Below are positions 1 through 10,200 of a stretch of 64,000 nt of DNA, piece by piece (within the stretch, counting starts at the first letter, position 1; each line of letters opens with the position of its first letter). Origin of the DNA: Tubiluchus corallicola (lineage: Eukaryota > Animalia > Priapulida); assembly GCA_030141605.1 (NCBI GenBank), contig JAQGDQ010000293.1, positions 1 to 64,000 of the forward strand, in the 5' to 3' direction. The notes under the pieces are model-generated. The model was not told the origin of the DNA. It saw only the letters and a list, made by a program, of their open reading frames with translations, and made no database searches. A program made the translations under genes and the position numbers.

Positions 1-1920
1 AAAAGTCCAAAGGAAAGCATGGAGAAAGTAGAAGAATTGCAAATTGCCAGTGAAGTGGTTCACGCCAGTGAAGATGTTGTTGTCGATGCTGATTCAGTTG
101 GTTCAGAATCCATTTTGAATGAGATTGACGAGTTGCTTGAAACTGACTTGAAAAAAATTGATGAAAGCATTGAAGAAGCAGATGCAGATTTCATGCAACC
201 TCCCAGCAAAAAGAAACGAAAATACAGAACTAAAAAAATTCGAATGATGGAAATGATGGCAGATGAATCAGCTAGTGACATTCAAGATATTGCAGACGAA
301 CCAAAAAAGATCCATAGGAAGAAAATACGTGAACTACAGTCATTCACCATGCCAGATATCCCAAGCCATGAAGTTGACCACAGTTATACAACCCCTGCAG
401 GACCGTTGTTGGCCTACATGAGCACTCCACAGATGCGAGAACATGACTATGCCCAAGAGTTGGTTTGTGATAAAACCCCAGATGTGTATTCGATTTCCTA
501 CTATGTACCACGGTCTTGCGCCCGTTGCCGTCAGGTTGGATATCAGCGTCGTGGCTATTATCCACAGCCAGAGATAACTCACAAAAGAGTACCAAGACCA
601 GAGGCTGAGCGCAAAATAGTTGGCGGCAAAACTATAAACGAACAATCAATATCGAGAGTAAGACTTCGTGCGAAGCTTCGGCGCTTGGAACGACTAGCTA
701 AAAAGAAGGAAAAAGAAGAGTTGAAGAAGAAGCAGAAAGCTATACGCGAAGAGAAGAGGAAGCTGCGCGAGCTGAAACGCCAGAAAAGGGAAGCAATTTT
801 GACTAGGCGACGTAAGATGTACTCGTGCAACCGCTGTCACGAAAAGTTTCCTGCTTTGCAGCAGCTACTCAATCATATCTGTAAAGAGGAGGAGCTGCAA
901 GAGACCAAACCAAAGGTAATCACCTACACTTGCAAGCACTGCGGTGAAAAGTTCAACAAATATTCGCTGCATCGAGAACATAAAAAGACGCACGCGAAGG
1001 AGGAAGCTGAGCTGCAGAGACAAAGGGAAGAGGAAGAGCGAAGGATTGCAGAAGAGGAAGTTGATGACGTAGCCGAGGAAAAGGACGATGACTGGGTACC
1101 AGAGATAGATACCAAACGTTATCAGTGCAAAGTATGTACGGAGCGATTTGGTACAATGAAAGCACTTCGTAGACACCGGCTCAGCCATTTTGTTACTCGT
1201 CGCAGTCTTCGCAGCAAGAAGCCCGGGCAGAAATCTGGTACTTCGCAACCAGAAAGCAATGAGCACGTTAGGAGTATAGCTGAATCCTGTCTAAGTTACA
1301 TCGTAAAAACTGTATGCAATCGGGAAAAGTATCGTCGATACAGTGAAAAAATGAAACTTCGCAAAGAATTAGAGAAAAAACTAACGGCAAGTTTGAAACT
1401 TCCCTCGAAAAATCACAAGAAAACTCCTGGGAAAGGTACGACACGGCCTGGAATAGTATCTGTCAAGTCCAAAACTTCCAAGCGGAAGTTACGTTTGCAG
1501 CCGGAAAGAGCAAAGGCTGACCGTACCTGTCATGCTTGCGAGTTGATCTTCAACAGCGTGTTAAAACTACATGGTCACAAGCTCAATGACCATAAGACAT
1601 ACATTGACGTCCCGGTCGGAGTGCAGTGTATGGTATGCAGTCGACAGTTCGACAGCGCAGAAGATATTGACTTTCACATTAACTTGCACCGTGGCAGGTA
1701 CAAACGAGAAATGAGATTGACAACAGTGGAAGCGCCTAAGCTCGTTACTTGCTATGAACCACCCGCTCATGAAATGGAGGCAATGTGTCAATGGATGGTT
1801 ATAAATAACACATTAGTGAAAGTTCCAATGGCGGTTGCCGTTTCTGCCGGCGCTAAAATTGTATGCAGTTATGAGGCAGCAGCACCTGCTAAATTAAACA
1901 CAAAGGGTAAAAAACCTTAA
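1..1920 (+). CDS. C2H2 zinc-finger protein, long 3'-terminal coding exon (frame open from base 1; first ATG at 19; N-terminus probably outside the window)
   Basis: 633-aa ORF with dispersed fingers CKHC..HKKTH, CKVC..HRLSH, CHAC..HKLNDH, CMVC..HINLH and a degenerate CNRC..HIC. Acidic N-part, basic NLS-like KKKRK and K/E coiled-coil stretches. TAA ends at 1920. Confidence 0.9.
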   Translation, partial: KSPKESMEKVEELQIASEVVHASEDVVVDADSVGSESILNEIDELLETDLKKIDESIEEADADFMQPPSKKKRKYRTKKIRMMEMMADESASDIQDIADEPKKIHRKKIRELQSFTMPDIPSHEVDHSYTTPAGPLLAYMSTPQMREHDYAQELVCDKTPDVYSISYYVPRSCARCRQVGYQRRGYYPQPEITHKRVPRPEAERKIVGGKTINEQSISRVRLRAKLRRLERLAKKKEKEELKKKQKAIREEKRKLRELKRQKREAILTRRRKMYSCNRCHEKFPALQQLLNHICKEEELQETKPKVITYTCKHCGEKFNKYSLHREHKKTHAKEEAELQRQREEEERRIAEEEVDDVAEEKDDDWVPEIDTKRYQCKVCTERFGTMKALRRHRLSHFVTRRSLRSKKPGQKSGTSQPESNEHVRSIAESCLSYIVKTVCNREKYRRYSEKMKLRKELEKKLTASLKLPSKNHKKTPGKGTTRPGIVSVKSKTSKRKLRLQPERAKADRTCHACELIFNSVLKLHGHKLNDHKTYIDVPVGVQCMVCSRQFDSAEDIDFHINLHRGRYKREMRLTTVEAPKLVTCYEPPAHEMEAMCQWMVINNTLVKVPMAVAVSAGAKIVCSYEAAAPAKLNTKGKKP

Positions 1921-2576
1921 ACAGTAATGATGGATTTCGTTTTGCGATTTCCTATAGTCCATTTGAATGGTTTTTGAGCCAGGTTGGCTTATAGCTTAAA
2001 CATGAATTTTATTGTAATCTAATTTTTGTTGGTAAACTTGCCAAGTGTATGGGGTGTTGTCATAGTTTCATCTTAAGCTGTTGAATGAAAGAAATTTGTG
2101 CCGATGTTTGGTAATTTATAATATTGATATTATTTTTATTGTATCACTATCATGATTTTTCACCGTGTAATTATAAGTTTGACCACTTGACGTCTAAACT
2201 CATAGGTTTGAAACTTTGGCTTTATGTAGAGTGTGTTAAATACTTTTATTGTTATTGTATTTTTCCACTTTGGTTTATAAGCTAGATGTTATTTCCGATT
2301 GTGTAGAAATTGCAGGCAGAGTGTAAATTATGTAAAGAATACACCATAGAGTGTAAAAATGCTTGCTTATGTGTGGTCATTTCATAGCCAGTTGTTAACA
2401 TTGTTGACATTATAAATGTAGAAAAGTGTACATAAAAATGATTAAGCTTTTTATTGTTGCAAGAATTGTATGTATGAATGGAAATTTTGCTGGCTGCACG
2501 CCACCTCGTTCTATGAATTACGTTTGGCTTTTTGTGTGGTTAGGATGACTAAATAATGCTAATGAAATGCGCTGTA

Positions 2577-2582
2577 AATAAA
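2577..2582 (+). terminator. candidate polyadenylation signal of the zinc-finger gene
   Basis: AATAAA about 660 nt after the stop codon, following a T-rich 3'UTR-like stretch. Confidence 0.45.
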
Positions 2583-2868
2583 AAAATTACGTTTACTATA
2601 TCTCTGTCCAAGAGTTCTGCAGTATCATATACTTTACAAATACGTTTTCATGAAAACTTTAGCAATTTTGTCATGTTTCTCAGGTGTTGTTGAGTCACAG
2701 TGCAATTTTATACAAGACAAGTTCGACACACTATAAGGAAAAATCCAACAGTCATTGGTGGGCCACCAGTATTGATATTTGTGGCAAAACTGGAATCTAG
2801 CTCGTCAAGTGTTACCATCTTATATGAGCCACTGAACCAATAGAGTTGTCTTAATTACATTCAGATGT

Positions 2869-3181
2869 AACGGGTGTGTTAGAAGTCACTATACACTTTA
2901 CATTTTCTATATTTTTAAACAAACAAAGCAAAATGTTTGAAATTTTGGTCAGATGAAGTAAAATATTGGACAATTCTTTCAGTCAAATTAGGTGAAAATC
3001 TGAAAAGAAGTAGCAGGCTATTTTTGTTCCCTTCATGGGCCTCAAGCATTTCAGAGACCAATCCAATGGCAAGTCGGTCAAATGCTGCTTTTAATTCGTG
3101 TGAGAGCTAGCTGAGATTGGAGAAAAATTTAAGGCGAAGATTTGAAATCAAAGTGTATAGTGACTTTTGAGCCACCCTTGA
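2869..3181. mobile_element. degenerate Tc1/mariner-like MITE
   Basis: Terminal inverted repeats GGGTGTGTTAGAAGTCACTATACACTTT / AAAGTGTATAGTGACTTTTGAGCCACCC. Confidence 0.6.
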
Positions 3182-3270
3182 AGTAAAGTGTCAGAATTAT
3201 TAAGGCAAATGAAGCAGCTCGGAGCAAGTATTGAACCCAAGTAGTCACAAACTGTTTACTGCATGACCAT

Positions 3271-4269
3271 TTGGTTGTGGAGTTTGACTTCAGTTGTGGA
3301 TGTGACTTTGGTTGTGGAGTAGAGTTTGACTTTGATTGTGGAATTTGAGTTTGGGTGTGGAGTTTTGTCTTCAGTTGTGGATTTGACTGGTTGTCGAGTT
3401 TGACTTTGGTAGTGGAGTATGACTTCGTTGTGGAGTTTGACTTTAGTTGTGTTGTTTGACTTTGTTTGTGGATTTGACTTTGGTTGTGGAGTTTAACGTT
3501 TGGTTGTAGAGTTTGACTTTAGTTGTGGAGTTTGACTTTGGTTGTCGAGTTTGACATTGGTTTCGGAGTTTGACTTTAGTTGTAGATTTGACTTTGGTTG
3601 TGGAGTTTAACTTTTGGTTGTGGAGTTTGACTTTAGTTGTGGAGTTTGACATTGATTGTGGAGTTTGACTTTGGTTGTCGAGTTTGATTTTGGTTGTGGA
3701 ACTTCACTTTTTTAATGGAATTTGACTTTAGTTGTGGAGTTTGACTTTGGTAGTGGAGTATGACTTCGTTGTGGAGTTTGACTTTAGTTGTGTTGTTTGA
3801 CTTTGTTTGTGGATTTGACTTTGGTTGTGGAGTTTAACGTTTGGTTGTAGAGTTTGACTTTAGTTGTGGAGTTTGACTTTGGTTGTCGAGTTTGACATTG
3901 GTTTCGGAGTTTGACTTTAGTTGTAGATTTGACTTTGGTTGTGGAGTTTAACTTTTGGTTGTGGAGTTTGACTTTAGTTGTGGAGTTTGACATTGATTGT
4001 GGAGTTTGACTTTGGTTGTCGAGTTTGATTTTGGTTGTGGAACTTCACTTTTTTAATGGAATTTGACTTTAGTTGTGGAGTTTGACTTTGGTTGTCGAGT
4101 TTGACTTTGGTTGTGGAACTTCACTTTTTTAATGGAATTTGACTTTTGTTGTGGATTTGACTTTGGTTGTGGAGTTTGACTTCAGTTGTGGAACTTCACT
4201 TTGGTAGTGGAATTTGACTTCAGTTGTGAAACTTCACTTTGGTAGTGGAGTTTGACTTTGGTTGTGGAG
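3271..4269. repeat. 19-bp minisatellite (GTTGTGGAGTTTGACTTTG) with a 341-bp higher-order duplication
   Basis: Visible tandem units; identical translated ORFs at 3443 and 3784, 341 bp apart. Confidence 0.95.
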
Positions 4270-4884
4270 CACACTCCAATTGGTTATTCAGTAGTTGTAT
4301 TATCCACTGGCAAAGTCTGCTTGCATGGCAGATCAGGGACAAGAATTGGGGACGTTTCAATTATTTAGTGCATAAGGCTTTCTGTTCATGTCTTACTTCA
4401 TATTTTCTACAAATTTCACCGAAATTTTACATTTTTATAAATTAAAATACAGATAATAACTGAAGAGTAGGAATAAATGAATCATTGAATAGGCTACATA
4501 TATGAGCAGGCAACATCGTGCAAATGTGCCCTGCTATATTATTGAAAATTACGTTGATGCTGGCTTTAAAATGTTTCAGAAAACTTAATTATTCTTGTTT
4601 TAATTGAATTCTCGTTGTTAATATGAGAAACGCAAGCAAAATTCGCGTTATAAGTTATTCACAGTGTATACCGCAATGAGTAAAGCCACTAAACGACAAC
4701 CTGTTACTGTATGAAGGTCTGCTGAAGCTCTTTGTACTAATTTTATTATTATTTAATTTTTTCCTTCAATCTTATAGCACTCTCACCCCAAAAATGTTGG
4801 AAACAACTTTAGTAACTCAAAGTGCTCCCATACGTAAAAATGTTTTATAATTCCCTTAAGATATCTACGCTTAAAATATATACC

Positions 4885-5160
4885 AGACGGGATATAGTCT
4901 AGTTGTAACGCGTCCGCTTTCTGTTTGGGAGATCGTGAGTTCGATACTGTGGCCTGGTCACACCGAAGACTTTAAAAATGTTACCTGTTGTTGTCGTGCC
5001 TTGCGCATGTATTTAGGGTAAAAGCGGGGTAATAATAGTCTTTGCTATGTAGTTGCAGGTAACACAGTAGGTTTGTTATTTACAGTAGGCCAAAAGCTCT
5101 TTAACTGATCGCGCTTAACATTAATTGTTTGTCCAAAAGCCGACTTTAATATGCAATTAC
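4885..5160 (+). mobile_element. tRNA-derived SINE with Meta-domain-like core (3' end approximate)
   Basis: A-box-like TAGTCTAGTTG and B-box GAGTTCGATAC, followed by GGTCACACCGAAGACTTTAAAAATGTTACCTG. Related copy at 45451. Confidence 0.7.
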
Positions 5161-7123
5161 ACGTCTAATCTCGTCTAAACAGGACTTGGATTCTACAGTG
5201 GAAAGTGGCGCCTTGCAACGGCAGAAATATTACAATCAAGCACCTGTTTATGTAACAAGTTTAGACTAGCCAGGCTTAGTGAACTTATTCGTGATGTGTG
5301 TGTCGCAAATGTTAAAACAGCAAGATTACGTAACTACAGGTCAGAGAACTCTGGCAAAATTGCATTACCGGGAGTAAAACTGTCCAGGCTGAACTAGGAT
5401 TTACATAAAATTATTATAGTAAATTAAATAACAATTTATTATTATAATCATTATTTAAAAATATCTTAAATACAAAAAATAAAAATCAATATTTAGATAC
5501 AGAAGGGCAAATTAACGCCTGACTAGCTAAAAAGTAAAAACATACAAATAGGTATCCTGGAAATTAATTAAAAGAAAAAAGCAACGGACTCTCAAAGCTT
5601 TAATCGGTAAAAATTTGACATCGAAATTTATCAAATTTCACATGATAAAAATTAGAAACTAATTAAAGTTTCACATTTTGATTAAAGGTAAGTTTAGCCA
5701 ATAAGACTCAGATCTGCTGTACATTTAATAGTGTCATAAGGAAATCTTTAATTTAGATTGGCTAATTTAGATCAGTATTTGCCACGATTTAAAAAAATCG
5801 TGAGTTTAAATTATTTCAAAATACCAATGGCTTCAGATGAACCGATAGAACCGACGAACAAAATATCATTTTAAAATTATTTGGTTTTGATTTCAAACAA
5901 TTCTATGACCACGTGATCAAAATCGAAAACTCGCTACTCATATTTTTTCATATCCAGGTATTTGAATTTGTTACACGTGTTTTAAAATGCATTTTTATAA
6001 CACAATTAAGTTTTTACAATAATGAAAAACCACGTAACGACTTCGCTGAGTCAACATCTAAAATGGCTGTTTGTCTTGCTATAATCATCACTGTGAATCT
6101 GTGAGACTCAATGGCTTCAGATGTTCTAGCTTGGAGTTCATGAGTAACAAGGTTTTAGTTGGGATTGCATAATTTATTATTATAACAACAATTACACATG
6201 CATGCCAGCAACGTTTGCCAATCTACGTTGCCTCACTTATACAAGTTTTTCGCGCATCAAGTCGATCCACTTAATTTGAAATTGGCACATGGATGGCTTC
6301 TTTGTACCACTCTTTCAAGAATTAATCGGGAATGCGAAGCTTTGAGTTACTCGTTTATTGACGTCTCCTGCCCAACTGCCTGGATATATCGTTTAAAACG
6401 CCAACTATCGTTGCCATTGTTCTGTTTCTTCGTGCGTGACATTTAAAACGCCGTTTTATGTTTATACGGAATCCATTTTGTTGTACAGATTTAGAATACA
6501 GAGTAACTCCATTGTGACATCAGAATATAAAAGTTGGCTAAAAACTTACGTGAACAAGGCAAACGAGAACAACAGGAACCACGGCGAAATAAACAGCCTT
6601 ATAAAGTTACTTCGGAAGCGATTAACTCAAAAATCCTGCCTAGCGTGGACACAGTTCACTATATTCATAGCCATACAAAAATATTGATAAAATGTCTGTG
6701 GCATTTTGCCACAGCTTTTGTTGGCAAATGGGCTGTTGTCACATTTCTGTTGATGTGAGACTGTCAACGAATTTCAAAAGACAGAAGGTGGTACGTAGTG
6801 TGTCAGTTCTTTTTAATCAGCAAATATTATACCACGGTTAATGTGAGCTGTATATCATTGATGTTTAGGTCTGCTAAATTTGTGGCCTAGCTATTTAAAT
6901 TAGCGTCTGTCGAACGGTCTCTATTTTACAAGTGCAGTACGTAGATAAGTGAAGAAGACAAATAACTCAAGCTGGTCTTTGGACGGCTTGACAAATAGTT
7001 CAAGGAGGACTAAAGACGAATGTAAAATAATATCGTTATCTCTGATAGTGTGTGAAGTGGGTGTAAACTAAATAGCGAGGTGCATAGCTAGTTTTAAGTT
7101 AAACCGCGTCTTTAATTACAATT

Positions 7124-7292
7124 ATGTTGTCATGTAAAGCCGCGTTCACACTATTCCTGTTACTCGTTTGTTGCACCACGTGTTGCATAGCGCAGTTTCC
7201 GGTTGTTTGTTTGCAGAATATAACTAGTCATCGTTCACATGATGATCCGACGAGACGTGTGATCAGATACTGCTGTCCAGCAGACAGCTCTG
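7124..7292 (+). CDS. tyr: tyrosinase copy 1 exon 1 (signal peptide)
   Basis: MLSCKAAFTLFLLLVCCTTCCIAQFPVVC...YCCPADSS; donor G|GTAAG. Confidence 0.9.
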
Positions 7293-10200
7293 GTAAGTTG
7301 ACCACGAGTTTTCTTGTGAATTAAACATTTTTTGAAAGTAGTTACTGTATTCTGCAAAAGGGCTGAAAATTAATTTTTTATTAAATGAAAACAGGAACGT
7401 AACAAAACTTTCTGAAGAGTTTTTTTTAGATTTTGTAGACAAGTTGTAGAAATGATATCCTTTTGCTTGCTTGCACGCGTGCATGTTACGTCCTTGTTGG
7501 AATTACGCAAGCTTAGAAGCAAATGAAAAAACAGACGAACAGTTGTTAAGACTGTTGATAAGTTGATATAAACACATTGATAAGAATTTTTTCGAATATG
7601 GCACAAATGTAGAAAGGAAACTTCTTATATCGCATTGTTCAAACTTTTATTGTACAGCTGTATGGTATAATTTTTTTATAAGTTTAATCACATAAAAATT
7701 GCATACAATAAAGGCACCCGAAAGTTATTTCAGCTACAATATGATTGTTCTGCAAGAGAAATGTGTGTTCAACGTGACATACCGTATTTTGACACTATAA
7801 TTCGAAAATGTACTTATGCACTTAAAAAAGGCTGTCATAAAGTTGCAATACTTTGGTACTGAACATATCGAATAGTGAATGCAGGTATAAATCTAAAATT
7901 CATCAGCACTGGCTGAAAATTTTATATGTGTAAAACAGGCTAATATGACTTTAATAATTATATAATAATAATAATTTTATTGCAGACATTTTATTGTATG
8001 GGAGTGGCAGTAGGTCTGTCTTTAAGCTGTTATCTTCTGTTTTTTATATCGAAGAAATTCTGAAATAAAGGTTTAAATTCAAATTCAATATAGTCTGTTA
8101 AAGTCGAAATAGCTATAGTATAATTGGGCACATTTTCTGTTCACACTATAGAGTTTGGGACTGAGGCAGAAAGTGCACTCTGTTTCGTACCATATTTTGA
8201 CAACACTTAATTTCTGTAAAAAAAACTCATTCAAAAAAGGAAAAGTGAGGTCTGTCACAAAGTGCTAATACGAATTAGTTTTTTATGTGATTCAACTGCT
8301 TTACATTGCAGCTCTGTTGTTGTGGAACCCAAGAAGCTCAAGAATTTTTTGTCTGATACGTAGATGACATATTTTAATTCGTTTTTTGCCATTTCTACAG
8401 GATTAGTTTGCGGTGGTCCTAGCAGAGGCCACTGTCGCAAGATCAGACCAACCGTGGAAAGAAATCCGGAAGAACCAAAATTTGAAGACAGATACGCTTG
8501 GCCAACAAGTTTCGTTACTCATCAGTGCTATTGCAATAGCAACTACTATGGGTCTGTAGGCCCAATAGCCTTTCATAGTTTTAATCGTTTAGCTTTACTT
8601 TGGTTTAGGACCTTTTATATAATTTCCAATTTACCTGTTTACCTAGCGTCTGATGGATCTATGTTGATGTACGTGCAGATACCTGTTAGTGTCTAGGTAT
8701 CAAATGTCTTGTCTCAGTCAAGAGTCCTGGTTGCTAAATGTCTGCAGTCCAAGCACATTGTTTTACTGCGTGTTGTATTATTTTACAAGTAATAATGACT
8801 GTCAGGTTACAAAATGTTAGGTAACCAAGTGCACAAGATAAAATCTCACAGAATTACTGTGTATCTAGTACCCAAGAATTCGACGGACCAAGTCTCCGGC
8901 ATAATAAACATAATTGCCAGAAGTCTAAATTAGTTAGATTTCAGTTTACCAAATATCTGGGTTATAATTAAAAATGCCTGGTTTAAAAATAACTCAGCTA
9001 ACAAACGTCTAGTAATCATGTGCAAGCAATTTACAGTCGAGTTACAAAGTATCCTCTTAATAAGTGCGTTGGTTACTAAATGTGCAGTTATTAAGTTTCC
9101 AGATATGAAGCTTTAACGGGTTATTAGCTGTTTGCCTTACCAAATGTCCTCAATCCTCTAGCAATAAAATATTCCAGTTTGTTATAGCCGTACACACTGT
9201 TTAGTCATGGTCTCATAGTCTACTAGGACATCTTTCTGATTAATGGTCTTCTGCTGGATTGTGCTGCAAGAACAACCTTTTACACACAAAATACCCACAT
9301 CAAGCACTCAATACCCACAACGTCTAACGAGTACCCTATACTCTACACACAAATGTGAAATATACTGCATAATGCGCATACAGGTGGGTTGATAGCTTTA
9401 TAAATTCGGGATAAATTTTCTTTCCGTTTCAACAGGTACGACTGCTCAGAATGCAAGTTTGGATACACAGGAAAAAACTGTGACAGACCAGTCACTTTAA
9501 AACGTCGAAATATTCACTCAATGAATGATGCTGATATACAAGAACTCAAAGACGCTATGGTAAAGGCGAAACACACTGTCAGTGACTATGCTACTCTAAG
9601 CACATCTTACAGGTAATGTGAATTTTGCTTAACTAATAGCTTAGGCTCAATTGATAAGATAGATCATAGTTAATTGCACATGGTTGGTTTGCTGATTGTT
9701 CATTATTGCTTGATTCGATGCTTAACTGATTTGTTAGGTTGGCTGATTTCTGTATTAGTTTTTTGTTCTTTGCTGAGCTAATTGATTGGTTATTAGGTAG
9801 AAAAATAGTAGGCCGGTTGATCAGTCAGTCACTCACTTGGTTAGTCGGTGGTCAGAAGTTGATTATTTGATAGCTTGCTCAGTTGGTTGACTAGGTCATT
9901 TGATTAGTCGGTGGTCAAAAGTTGATTATTTTATAGCTTGCTCAGTTGGTTGACTAGGTCACTTGGTTAGTCGGTGGTAAGAAGATTATTTGATAGCTTG
10001 CTCAGTTGATTGACTAGGTCACTTGGTTAGTCGGTGGTCAGAGTTGATTATTTGATAGCTTGCTCAGTTGATTGACTAGGTCACTTGGTTAGTCGGTGGT
10101 CAGAAGTTGATTATTTGAAAGCTTACTCAGTTGGTTGACTAGGTCACTTGGTTAGTCGGTGGTCAGAAGTTGATTATTTGATAGCTTGCTCAGATGATTG

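Noticed and set aside
60-1791. Antisense ORFs over the zinc-finger exon
   Set aside because: Shadow frames of a long coding exon
4885-4960. tRNA gene
   Set aside because: A/B boxes are present but there is no cloverleaf, and it continues into a SINE core
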